DNA of 64,000 nucleotides from Eledone cirrhosa (lineage: Eukaryota). A model generated the notes under the pieces. The model searched no databases, was not told the DNA's origin, and saw only the letters and a program-made list of their open reading frames with translations. Each line of letters begins with the position of its first letter. The first letter of the stretch is position 1. The DNA lies in contig OZ024743.1 in NCBI GenBank assembly GCA_964016885.1, positions 139,500,001 through 139,564,000 on the forward strand, given 5' to 3'. Shown one piece after another: positions 37,880-49,900 of the stretch. Both the position numbers and the translations under genes were made by a program.

Positions 37880-40800
37880 TTGGTGCTTGGTGTTTGGTGT
37901 TTTGAGTTTGGTGCTTGGTGCTTGGTGTTTGGTGCTTTGTGCTTGGTGCTTGGTGTTTGTACTTGGTGCTTGGTGCTTGGTGTTTGGTTCTTGGTTCTTG
38001 GTGTTTGGTACTTGGTGCTTGGTGCTTGGTGTTTGGTGCTTGGTGTTTGGTGCTTGTTGCTTGGTGTTTGGTGCTTGGTGTTTGGTGTTTGGTGCTTGGT
38101 GCTTGGTGTTTGGTGTTTGGTGTTTGGTGTTTGCTGTTTGGTGTTTGGTGTTTGCTGTTTGCTGTTTGGTGTCTGCTTTTTGGTGTTTGGTGTTTGCTGT
38201 ATGGTGTTTGCTGTTTTGGTGTTTGGTGTTTGCTGTTTGGTGTTTGGTCTTTGGTGCTTGGTGTTTGGTGTTTGGTGCTTGGTGCTTGGTGCTTGGTGTT
38301 TGGTGTTTGGTGCTTGGTGTCTGGTGCTTGGTGTTTGGTGTTTGGTGCTTGGTGTTTGGTGTTTGGTGTTTGGTGCTTGGTGCTTGGTGTTTGGTGTTTG
38401 GTGCTTGGTGTTTGGTGTTTGGTGCTTGTTGCTTGGTGCTTGGTGCTTGGTGTTTGGTGCTTGGTGCTTGGTGTTTGGTGCTGGGTGCTGGGTGCTTGGT
38501 GTTTGGTGCTTGGTGCTTGGTGCTTGGTGTTTGGTGCTTGGTGCTTTGTGCTTGGTCTTTGGTGCTTGGTGTTTGCTGTTTGGTGCTTGGTGCTTGGTGC
38601 TTGGTGTTTGGTGCTTGGTGATTAGTGTTTGGTGCTTGGTGCTTGGGGTTTGGTGTTTGGTGCTTGGTGCTTGGTGTTTGGTGCTTGGTACTTGGTGTTT
38701 GGTGCTTGCTGTTTGGTGTTTGCTGTTTGGTGTCTGCTTTTTGGTGTTTGGTGTTTGCTGTATGGTGTTTGCTGTTTCGTGTTTGGTGTTTGCTGTTTGG
38801 TGTTTGGTGCTTGGTGCTTGGTGTTTGGTGCTTGGTGTTTGGTGCTTGGTGCTTGGTGTTTGTACTTGGTGCTTGGTGCTTGGTGCTTGGTGCTGGGTGG
38901 TTGGTGTTTGGTGCTTGGTGTTTGGTGCTGGGTGCTTGGTGTTTGGTGCTTGGTGCTTGGTGTTTGGTGCTTGGTGGTTGGTGTTTGGTGCTTGGTGCTT
39001 GGTGTTTGGTGCTTGGTGCTTGGTGTTTGGTGCTTGGTGCTTAGTGTTTGGTGCTAGGTGCTTGGGGTTTGGTGTTTGGTGCTTGGTGTTTGGTGCTTGG
39101 TGCTTGGTGTTTGGTGTTTGGTGTTCGGTGCTTGGTGCTTGGTATTTGGTGTTTGATGTTTGCTGTTTGGTGTTTGTTGTTTGGTGTTTGTTGTTTGGTG
39201 TTTCCTGTTTGGTGTTTGGTGTTTGGTGTTTGCTGTTTGGTGTCTGCTTTTTGGTGTTTGGTGTTATATGCTTGGTGTTTGATGCTTGGTGCTTGGTGCT
39301 TGGTGTTTGGTGTTTGGTGCTTGGTGTTTGATGCTTGGTGTTTGATGCTTGGTGCTTGGTGCTTGGTGTTTGGTGCTTGGTGCTTGGTGTTTGTACTTGG
39401 TGCTTGGGGCTTGGTTCTTGGTGTTTGGTGCTTGGTGCTTGGTGCTTTGTGTTTGGTGCTGGTGTTTGGTGCTTGGTGTTTGGTGCTTGGTGCCTGCTGC
39501 TTGGTGCTTGGTGTTTGGTACTTGGTGCTTGGTGCTTGGTGTTAGGTGTTTGGTGCTTGGTGCTTGGTGTTTGGTTTTTGGTGCTTGGTGCTTGGTGTTT
39601 GGTGTTTGGTGCTTGCTGCTGGCTGCTTGGTGCTTGGTGATTGGTGCTTGGTGTTTGGTGCTTGGTGTTTGGTGTTTGGTGCTAGGTGCTTGGTGCTTGG
39701 TGTTTGGTGCTTGGTGCTTGGTGTTTGGTGTTTGGTGTTTGGTGCTTGGTGCTTGGTGTTTGGTGCTTGGGGCTTGGTGCTGGGTGGTTGGTGTTTGGTG
39801 CTTGGTGTTTGGTGCTGGGTGCTTGGTGTTTGGTGCTTGGTGCTTGGTGTTTGGTGCTTGGTGTTTGGTGTTTGGTGCTTGGTGCTTGGTGTTTGGTGCT
39901 TGGTGCTTGGTGTTTGGTGCTTGGTGCTTAGTGTTTGGTGCTAGGTGCTTGGGGTTTGGTGTTTGGTGCTTGGTGTTTGGTGCTTGGTGCTTGGTGTTTG
40001 GTGTTTGGTGTTTGGTGCTTGGTGCTTGGTATTTGGTGTTTGCTGTTTTTCTGTTTGGTGTTTGTTGTTTGGTATTTGTTGTTTGGTGTTTGCTGTTTGG
40101 TGTTTGCTGCTTGGTGTTTGGTGCTTGGTGCTTGATGCTTGGTGTTGTGTGTTTGGTGCTTGGTGCTTGGTGTTTGGTGCTTGGTGCTTGGTTCTAGGTG
40201 TTTGTACTTGGTGCTTGGTGTTTGGTGCTTGGTGCTTGGTGCTTGGTGTTTGGTGTTTGGTGCTTGGTTCTTGGTGCTTGGAGTTTTGTGTTTGGTGCAT
40301 GTTGCTTGGTGTTTGGTGCTTGGTGCTTTGTGCTTGGTGTTTGGTGTTTGCTGCTTGGTGTTTGGTGCTTGGTGCTTGGTGCTTGGTGTTTTGAGTTTGG
40401 TGCTTGGTGCTTGGTGTTTGGTGCTTGGTGCTTGGTGCTTGGTGTTTGTACTTGGTGCTTGGTGCTTGGTGTTTGGTTCTTGGTTCTTGGTGTTTGGTAC
40501 TTGGTGCTTGGTGCTTGGTGCTTGGTGTTTGGTGCTTGGTGTTTGGCGCTTGTTGCTTGGTGTTTGGTGCTTGGTGTTTGGTGTTTGGTGCTTGGTGCTT
40601 GGTGTTTGGTGTTTGGTGTTTGCTGTTTGCTGTTTGGTGTTTGGTGTTTGCTGTTTGCTGTTTGGTGTCTGCTTTTTGGTGTTTGGTGTTTGCTGTATGG
40701 TGTTTGCTGTTTTGGTGTTTGGTGTTTGCTGTTTGGTGTTTGGTCTTTGGTGCTTGGTGTTTGGTGCTTGGTGCTTGGTGTTTGGTGTTTGGTGCTTGGT

Positions 40801-41140
40801 GTTTGGTGTTTGGTGTTTGGTGCTTGGTGTCTGGTGCTTGGTGCTTGGTGTTTGGTGCTTGGTGTTTGGTGTTTGGTGTTTGGTGCTTGGTGCTTGGTGT
40901 TTGGTGTTTGGTGCTTGGTGTTTGGTGTTTGGTGCTTGTTGCTTGGTGCTTGGTGCTTGGTGTTTGGTGCTTGGGGCTTGGTGTTTGGTGCTGGGTGCTG
41001 GGTGCTTGGTGTTTGGTGCTTGGTGTTTGGTGCTTGGTGTTTGGTGCTTGGTGCTTGGTGCTTGGTCTTTGGTGCTTGGTGTTTGTTGTTTGGTGCTTGG
41101 TGCTTGGTGCTTCGTGTTTGGTGCTTGGTGATTCGTGTTT
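37880..41140. repeat. Diverged dispersed duplication (about 37880-38630 vs 40370-41140, offset ~2.5 kb)
   Basis: Both copies share TTTGAGT, a +1 T in CTGTTTTGGT (about 38213 and 40710) and CTGGGTGCTGGG. They end in GTGATTAGTG vs GTGATTCGTG. Confidence 0.75.
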
Positions 41141-44100
41141 GGTGCTTGGTGTTTGGTGCTTGGTGTTTGGTGCTTGGTGCTTGGTGCTTGGTGCTTGGTG
41201 TTTGGTGGTTGGTGCTTGGTGCTTGGTGTTAGGTGTTTGGTGCTTGGTGCTTGGTGTTTGGTGTTTGGTGCTTGGTGTTTGGTGTTTGGTGCTTGGTGTT
41301 TGGTGCTTGGTACTTGGTGCTTCGTGCTTGGTGTTAGGTGTTTGGTGCTTGGTGCTTGGTGTCTGGTTTTTGGTGCTTGGTGCTTGGTGTTTGGTGTTTG
41401 GTGCTTGCTGCTGGCTGCTTGGTGTTTGGTGCTTGGTGATTGGTGCTTGGTGTTTGGTGCTTGGTGTTTGGTGTTTGGTGCTTGGTGATTGGTGTTTGTA
41501 CTTGGTGCTTGGTGCTTGGTTCTTGGTGTTTGGTGCTTGGTGCTTGGTGTTTGGTGTTATATGCTTGGTGTTTGATGCTTGGTGCTTGGTGCTTGGTGTT
41601 TGGTGTTTGGTGTTTGATGCTTGGTGCTTGGTGTTTGGTGCTTGGTGCTTGGTGTTTGTACTTGGTGCTTGGTGCTTGGTGCTTGGTGTTTGGTGCTTGG
41701 TGCTTGGTGCTTGGTGCTTGGTCCTTGGTGCTTGGTGTTTGGTGGTTGGTGTTTGGTGCTTGGTGTTAGGTGTTTGGTGCTTGGTGCTTGGTGTTTGGGG
41801 TTTGGTGCTTGGTGTTTGGTGTTTGGTGCTTGGTACTTGGTGCTTGGTGCTTGGTGTTAGGTGTTTGGTGCTTGGTGTTTGGTGCTTGGTGTTTGGTGCT
41901 TGGTGCTTGGTGCTTGGTGCTTGGTGTTTGGTGGTTGGTGTTTGGTGCTTGGTGTTTGGTGCTTGGTGTTAGGTGTTTGGTGCTTGGTGCTTGGTGTTTG
42001 GTGTTTGGTGCTTGGTGTTTGGTGTTTGGTGCTTGGTGTTTGGGGCTTTTTGCTTGGTGCTTGGTGCTTGGTGTTTGGTGCTGGGTGCTTGGTGCTTGGT
42101 GTTTGGTGTTATATGCTTGGTGTTTGATGCTTGGTGCTTGGTGCTTGGTGTTTGGTGTTTGGTGCTTGGTGTTTGATGCTTGGTGCTTGGTGCTTGGTGT
42201 TTGGTGCTTGGTGCTTGGTGTTTGGTGCTTGGTGCTTGGTGTTTGGTGCTTGGTGTTTGGTGCTTGGTGCTTGGTGTTTGGTGGTTGGTGCTTGGTGCTT
42301 GGTGTTAGGTGTTTGGTGCTTGGTGCTTGGTGTCTGGTTTTTGGTGCTTGGTGCTTGCTGTTTGGTGCTTGTTGCTGGCTGCTTGGTGTTTGGTGCTTGG
42401 TGATTGGTGCTTGGTGTTTGGTGCTTGGTGTTTGGTGTTTGGTGCTTGGTGTTTGTACTTGGTGTTTGGTGCTTGGTGTTTGGTGCTAGGTGCTTGGTGT
42501 TTGGTGCTTGGTGCTTGGTGTTTGGTGCCTGGTGCTTGGTGTTTGGTGTTTGGTGTTTGGTGCTTGGTGTTTGGTGTTTGCTGTTTGCTGTTTGGTGTTT
42601 GTTGTTTGGTGTTTGTTGTTTGGTGTTTGCTGTTTGGTGTTTGGTGTTTGCTTTTTGGTGTTTGGTGTTTGATGTATGTTGTTTGCTGTTTGGTGTTTGG
42701 TGTTTGGTGTTTGGTGCTTGGTGCTTGGTGTTTGGTGCTTGGTGCTTGGTGTTTGGTGCCTGGTGCTTGGTGCATGGTGCTTGGTGTTTGGTGTTTGGTG
42801 CTTGGTGCTTGGAGTTTGGTGTTTGGTGCTTGGTGCTTGGTGTTTCGTGTTTCGTGTTTGGTTTTTGGTGCTTGGTGCTTGGTGCTTGGTCCTTGGTGTT
42901 TGGTGCTGGGTGCATTGTGTTTGGTGCTTGGTGCTTGGTGCTTGGTGCTTGGTCCTTGGTGCTTGGTGTTTGCTGGTTGGTGTTTGGTGCTTGGTGTTAG
43001 GTGTTTGGTGCTTGGTGCTTGGTGTTTGGTGTTTGGTGCTTGGTGTTTGGTGTTTGGTGCTTGGTGTTTGGTGCTTGGTACTTGGTGCTTGGTGCTTGGT
43101 GTTAGGTGTTTGGTGCTTGGTGTTTGGTGCTTGGTGTTTGGTGCTTGGTGCTTGGTGCTTGGTGCTTGGTGTTTGGTGGTTGGTGTTTGGTGCTTGGTGT
43201 TTAGTGCTTGGTGTTAGGTGTTTGGTGCTTGGTGCTTGGTGTTTGGTGTTTGGTGCTTGGTGTTTGGTGTTTGGTGCTTGGTGTTTGGGGCTTTTTGCTT
43301 GGTGCTTGGTGCTTGGTGTTTGGTGCTGGGTGCTTGGTGCTTGGTGTTTGGTGTTATATGCTTGGTGTTTGATGCTTGGTGCTTGGTGCTTGGTGTTTGG
43401 TGTTTGGTGCTTGGTGTTTGATGCTTGGTGCTTGGTGTTTGGTGTTTGCTGCTTGGTGTTTGATGCTTGGTGCTTGGTGCTTGGTGTTTTGTGTTTGGTG
43501 CTTGGTGGTTGGTGCTTGGTGTTTGGTGCTTGGTGCTTGGTGCTTGGTGTTTTGTGTTTGGTGCTTGGTGCTTGGTGTTTGGTGCTTGGTGCTGGGTGGT
43601 TGGTGTTTGGTGCTTGGTGTTTGGTGCTGGGTGCTTGGTGTTTGGTGCTGGGTGCTTGGTGTTTGGTGCTTGGTGCTTGGTGTTTGGTGCTTGGTGCTGG
43701 GTGGTTGGTGTTTGGTGCTTGGTGTTTGGTGCTGGGTGCTTGGTGTTTGGTGCTGGGTGCTTGGTGTTTGGTGCTTGGTGCTTGGTCTTTGGTGCTTGGT
43801 GTTTGGTGCTTGGTGCTTGGTGCTTGGTGTTTGGTGCTTGGTGCTTGGTGTTTGGTGCTTGGTGCTTGGTGTTTGGTTTTTGGTGCTTGGTGCTTGGTGT
43901 TTGGTGTTTGGTGCTTGCTGCTGGCTGCTTGGTGTTTGATGCATGGTGATTGGTGCTTGGTGTTTGGTGCTTGGTGTTTGGTGTTTGATGCTTGGTGCTT
44001 GGTGCTTGGTGTTTGGTGCTTGGTGCTTGGTGTTTGGTGCTTGGTGCTTGGTGTTTGGTGCTTGGTGTTTGGTGCTTGGTGTTTGGTGCTTGGTGCTTGG

Positions 44101-44214
44101 TGCTTGGTGCTTGGTCTTTGGTGGTTGGTGCTTGGTGCTTGGTGTTAGTTGTTTGGTGCTTGGTGCTTGGTGTTTGGTGTTTGGTGCTTGGTGTTTGGTG
44201 TTTGGTGCTTGGTG

Positions 44215-45140
44215 TTAGGTGTTTGGTGCTTGGTGCTTGGTGTTTGGTGTTTGGTGCTTGGTGTTTGGTGTTTGGTGCTTGGTATTTGGTGCTTGGTACT
44301 TGGTGCTTGGTGCTTGGTGTTAGGTGTTTGGTGCTTGGTGTTTGGTGCTTGGTGTTTGGTGCTTGGTGCTTGGTGCTTGGTGCTTGGTGTTTGGTGGTTG
44401 GTGTTTGGTGCTTGGTGTTTGGTGCTTGGTGTTAGGTGTTTGGTGCTTGGTGCTTGGTGTTTGGTGTTTGGTGCTTGGTGTTTGGTGTTTGGTGCTTGGT
44501 GTTTGGTGCTTTTTGCTTGGTGCTTGGTGCTTGGTGTTTGGTGCTGGGTGCTTGGTGCTTGGTGTTTGGTGTCATATGCTTGGTGTTTGATGCTTGGTGC
44601 TTGGTGCTTGGTGTTTGGTGTTTGGTGCTTGGTGTTTGATGCTTGGTGCTTGGTGCTTGGTGTTTGGTGCTTGGTGCTTGGTGTTTGGTGCTTGGTGCTT
44701 GGTGTTTGGTGTTTGGTGCTTGGTGTTTGGTGTTTGGTGCTTGGTATTTGGTGCTTGGTACTTGGTGCTTGGTGCTTGGTGTTAGGTGTTTGGTGCTTGG
44801 TGTTTGGTGCTTGGTGTTTGGTGCTTGGTGCTTGGTGCTTGGTGCTTGGTGTTTGGTGGTTGGTGTTTGGTGCTTGGTGTTTGGTGCTTGGTGTTAGGTG
44901 TTTGGTGCTTGGTGCTTGGTGTTTGGTGTTTGGTGCTTGGTGTTTGGTGTTTGGTGCTTGGTGTTTGGTGCTTTTTGCTTGGTGCTTGGTGCTTGGTGTT
45001 TGGTGCTGGGTGCTTGGTGCTTGGTGTTTGGTGTTATATGCTTGGTGTTTGATGCTTGGTGCTTGGTGCTTGGTGTTTGGTGTTTGGTGCTTGGTGTTTG
45101 ATGCTTGGTGCTTGGTGCTTGGTGTTTGGTGCTTGGTGCT
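44215..45140. repeat. 462-bp (66-unit) tandem duplication, repeated at about 59710-60630 and in part at about 52030-52730 and 57300-58010
   Basis: ORF-track matches at 44324/44786, 44436/44898, 59819/60281, 57458/57920 and 52177/52639, all offset by 462. Confidence 0.88.
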
Positions 45141-46934
45141 TGGTGTTTGGTGCTTGGTGCTTGATGTTTGGTGCTTGGTGTTTGGTGCTTGGTGTTTGGT
45201 GCTTGGTGCCTGGTGCTTGGTGCTTGGTGTTTGGTGGTTGGTGCTTGGTGCTTGGTGTTAGGTGTTTGGTGCTTGGTGCTTGGTGTCTGGTTTTTGGTGC
45301 TTGGTGCTTGCTGTTTGGTGCTTGTTGCTGGCTGCTTGGTGTTTGGTGCTTGGTGATTGGTGCTTGGTGTTTGGTGCTTGGTGTTTGGTGTTTGGTGCTT
45401 GGTGTTTGTACTTGGTGTTTGGTGCTTGGTGTTTGGTGCTAGGTGCTTGGTGTTTGGTGCTTGGTGCTTGGTGTTTGGTGCCTGGTGCTTGGTGTTTGGT
45501 GTTTGGTGTTTGGTGCTTGGTGCTTGGTGTTTGGTGTTTGCTGTTTGGTGTTATATGCTTGGTGTTTGATGCTTGGTGCTTGGTGCTTGGTGTTTGGTGT
45601 TTGGTGCTTGGTGTTTGGTGCTGCGTGCTTGGTGCTTGGTGCTTGGTGCTTGGTGCTTGGTGTTTTGTGTTTGGTGTTTGATGCTTGGTGTTTGGTGCTT
45701 GGTGCTTGGTGTTTGGTGCTTGGTGCTGGATGGTTGGTGTTTGGTGCTTGGTGTTTGGTGCTGGGTGCTTGGTGTTTGGTGCTGGGTGCTTGGTGTTTGG
45801 TGCTTGGTGCTTGGTCTTTGGTGCTTGGTGTTTGGTGCTTGGTGCTTGGTGCTTGGTGTTTGGTGCTTGGTGCTTGGTGTTTGGTGCTTGGTGCTTGGTG
45901 TTTGGTTTTTGGTGCTTGGTGCTTGGTGTTTGGTGTTTGGTGCTTGCTGCTGGCTGCTTGGTGTTGGATGCATGGTGATTGGTGCTTGGTGTTTGGTGCT
46001 TGGTGTTTGGTGTTTGATGCTTGGTGCTTGGTGCTTGGTGTTTGGTGCTTGGTGCTTGGTGTTTGGTGCTTGGTGCTTGGTGTTTGGTGCTTGGTGTTTG
46101 GTGCTTGGTGTTTGGTGCTTGGTGCTTGGTGCTTGGTGCTTGGTGTTTGGTGGTTGGTGCTTGGTGCTTGGTGTTAGGTGTTTGGTGCTTGGTGCTTGGT
46201 GTTTGGTGTTTGGTGCTTGGTGTTTGGTGTTTGGTGCTTGGTGTTTGGTGCTTGGTACTTGGTGCTTGGTGCTTGGTGTTAGGTGTTTGGTGCTTGGTGC
46301 TTGGTGTCTGGTTTTTGGTGCTTGGTGCTTGGTGTTTGGTGTTTGGTGCTTGCTGCTGGCTGCTTGGTGTTTGGTGCTTGGTGATTGGTGCTTGGTGTTT
46401 GGTGCTTGGTGTTTGGTGTTTGGTGCTTGGTGATTGGTGTTTGTACTTGGTGCTTGGTGCTTGGTTCTTGGTGTTTGGTGCTTGGTGCTTGGTGTTTGGT
46501 GTTATATGCTTGGTGTTTGATGCTTGGTGCTTGGTGCTTGGTGTTTGGTGTTTGGTGTTTGATGCTTGGTGCTTGGTGTTTGGTGCTTGGTGCTTGGTGT
46601 TTGTACTTGGTGCTTGGTGCTTGGTGCTTGGTGTTTGGTGCTTGGTGCTTGGTGCTTGGTGCTTGGTCCTTGGTGCTTGGTGTTTGGTGGTTGGTGTTTG
46701 GTGCTTGGTGTTAGGTGTTTGGTGATTGGTGCTTGGTGTTTGGTGTTTGGTGCTTGGTGTTTGGTGTTTGGTGCTTGGTGTTTGGTGCTTGGTACTTGGT
46801 GCTTGGTGCTTGGTGTTAGGTGTTTGGTGCTTGGTGTTTGGTGCTTGGTGTTTGGTGCTTGGTGCTTGGTGCTTGGTGCTTGGTGTTTGGTGGTTGGTGT
46901 TTGGTGCTTGGTGTTTGGTGCTTGGTGTTAGGTG

Positions 46935-49900
46935 TTTGGTGCTTGGTGCTTGGTGTTTGGTGTTTGGTGCTTGGTGTTTGGTGTTTGGTGCTTGGTGTTT
47001 GGGGCTTTTTGCTTGGTGCTTGGTGCTTGGTGTTTGGTGCTGGGTGCTTGGTGCTTGGTGTTTGGTGTTCTATGCTTGGTGTTTCATGCTTGGTGCTTGG
47101 TGCTTGGTGTTTGGTGTTTGGTGCTTGGTGTTTGATGCTTGGTGCTTGGTGTTTGGTGCTTGGTGCTCGGTGTTTGGTGCTTGGTGCTTGGTGTTTGGTG
47201 CTTGGTGTTTGGTGCTTGGTGCTTGGTGTTTGGTGGTTGGTGCTTGGTGCTTGGTGTTAGGTGTTTGGTGCTTGGTGCTTGGTGTCTGGTTTTTGGTGCT
47301 TGGTGCTTGGTGTTTGGTGCTTGTTGCTGGCTGCTTGGTGTTTGGTGCTTGGTGATTGGTGCTTGGTGTTTGGTGCTTGGTGTTTGGTGTTTGGTGCTTG
47401 GTGTTTGTACTTGGTGTTTGGTGCTTGGTGTTTGGTGCTAGGTGTTTGGTGTTTGGTGCTTGGTGCTTGGTGTTTGGTGCCTGGTGCTTGGTGTTTGGTG
47501 TTTGGTGTTTGGTGCTTGGTGCTTGGTGTTTGGTGTTTGCTGTTTGCTGTTTGGTGTTTGTTGTTTGGTGTTTGTTGTTTGGTGTTTGCTGTTTGGTGTT
47601 TGGTGTTTGCTTTTTGGTGTTTGGTGTTTGATGTATGTTGTTTGCTGTTTGGTGTTTGGTGTTTGGTGTTTGGTGCTTGGTGCTTGGTGTTTGGTGCTTG
47701 GTGCTTGGTGTTTGGTGCCTGGTGCTTGGTGCATGGTGCTTGGTGTTTGGTGTTTGGTGCTTGGTGCTTGGAGTTTGGTGTTTGGTGCTTGGTGCTTGGT
47801 GTTTCGTGTTTCGTGTTTGGTTTTTGGTGCTTGGTGCTTGGTGCTTGGTCCTTGGTGTTTGGTGTTGGGTGCATTGTGTTTGGTGCTTGGCGCTTGGTGC
47901 TTGGTGCTTGGTGTTTGGTGCTTGGTGCTTGGTGCTTGGTGCTTGGTCCTTGGTGCTTGGTGTTTGGTGGTTGGTGTTTGGTGCTTGGTGTTAGGTGGTT
48001 GGTGCTTGGTGCTTGGTGTTTGGTGTTTGGTGCTTGGTGTTTGGTGTTTGGTGCTTGGTGTTTGCTGCTTGGTACTTGGTGCTTGGTGCTTGGTGTTAGG
48101 TGTTTGGTGCTTGGTGTTTGGTGCTTGGTGTTTGGTGCTTGGTGCTTGGTGCTTGGTGCTTGGTGTTTGGTGGTTGGTGTTTGGTGCTTGGTGTTTGGTG
48201 CTTGGTGTTAGGTGTTTGGTGCTTGGTGCTTGGTGTTTGGTGTTTGGTGCTTGGTGTTTGGTGTTTGGTGCTTGGTGTTTGGGGCTTTTTGCTTGGTGCT
48301 TGGTGCTTGGTGTTTGGTGCTGGGTGCTTGGTGCTTGGTGTTTGGTGTTATATGCTTGGTGTTTGATGCTTGGTGCTTGGTGCTTGGTGTTTGGTGTTTG
48401 GTGCTTGGTGTTTGATGCTTGGTGCTTGGTGCTTGGTGTTTGGTGCTTGGTGCTTGGTGTTTGGTGCTTGGTGCTTGGTGTTTGGTGCTTGGTGTTTGGT
48501 GCTTGGTGCTTGGTGTTTGGTGGTTGGTGCTTGGTGCTTGATGTTAGGTGTTTGGTGCTTGGTGCTTGGTGTCTGGTTTTTGGTGCTTGGTGCTTGGTGT
48601 TTGGTGCTTGTTGCTGGCTGCTTGGTGTTTGGTGCTTGGTGATTGGTGCTTGGTGTTTGGTGCTTGGTGTTTGGTGTTTGGTGCTTGCTGCTGGCTGCTT
48701 GGTGTTTGATGCTTGGTGCTTGGTGCTTGGTGTTTGGTGTTTGGTGCTTGGTGTTTGATGCTTGGTGCTTGGTGTTTGGTGTTTGCTGCTTGGTGTTTGA
48801 TGCTTGGTGCTTGGTGCTTGGTGTTTTGTGTTTAGTGCTTGGTGGTTGGTGCTTGGTGTTTGGTGCTTGGTGCTTGGTGCTTGGTGTTTTGTGTTTGGTG
48901 CTTGGTGCTTGGTGTTTGGTGCTTGGTGCTGGGTGGTTGGTGTTTGGTGCTTGGTGTTTGGTGCTGGGTGCTTGGTGTTTGGTGCTGGGTGCTTGGTGTT
49001 TGGTGCTTGGTGCTTGGTGTTTGGTGCTTGGTGCTGGGTGGTTGGTGTTTGGTGCTTGGTGTTTGGTGCTGGGTGCTTGGTGTTTGGTGCTGGGTGCTTG
49101 GTGTTTGGTGCTTGGTGCTTGGTCTTTGGTGCTTGGTGTTTGGTGCTTGGTGCTTGGTGCTTGGTGTTTGGTGCTTGGTGCTTGGTGTTTGGTGCTTGGT
49201 GCTTGGTATTTGGTTTTTGGTGCTTGGTGCTTGGTGTTTGGTGTTTGGTGCTTGGTGTTTGGTGTTTGGTGCTTGGTGTTTGGGGCTTTTTGCTTGGTGC
49301 TTGGTGCTTGGTGTTTGGTGCTGGGTGCTTGGTGCTTGGTGTTTGGTGTTCTATGCTTGGTGTTTCATGCTTGGTGCTTGGTGCTTGGTGTTTGGTGTTT
49401 GGTGCTTGGTGTTTGATGCTTGGTGCTTGGTGTTTGGTGCTTGGTGCTCGGTGTTTGGTGCTTGGTGCTTGGTGTTTGGTGCTTGGTGTTTGGTGCTTGG
49501 TGCTTGGTGTTTGGTGGTTGGTGCTTGGTGCTTGGTGTTAGGTGTTTGGTGCTTGGTGCTTGGTGTCTGGTTTTTGGTGCTTGGTGCTTGGTGTTTGGTG
49601 CTTGTTGCTGGCTGCTTGGTGTTTGGTGCTTGGTGATTGGTGCTTGGTGTTTGGTGCTTGGTGTTTGGTGTTTGGTGCTTGGTGTTTGTACTTGGTGTTT
49701 GGTGCTTGGTGTTTGGTGCTAGGTGTTTGGTGTTTGGTGCTTGGTGCTTGGTGTTTGGTGCCTGGTGCTTGGTGTTTGGTGTTTGGTGTTTGGTGCTTGG
49801 TGCTTGGTGTTTGGTGTTTGCTGTTTGCTATTTGGTGTTTGTTGTTTGGTGTTTGTTGTTTGGTGTTTGCTGTTTGGTGTTTGGTGTTTGCTTTTTGGTG

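Noticed and set aside
7660-40055. Isolated 1-bp indels (~7663 TGGTAT, ~23585 TTGTTT, ~27700 TTTTGTCC, ~31796 TTGGGT, ~39460 TGGTGT, ~40047 TTTTCTGT)
   Set aside because: They appear to be singletons in short homopolymers and are absent from the sister copies I could compare. They may be long-read consensus errors, so they are not treated as biological features.
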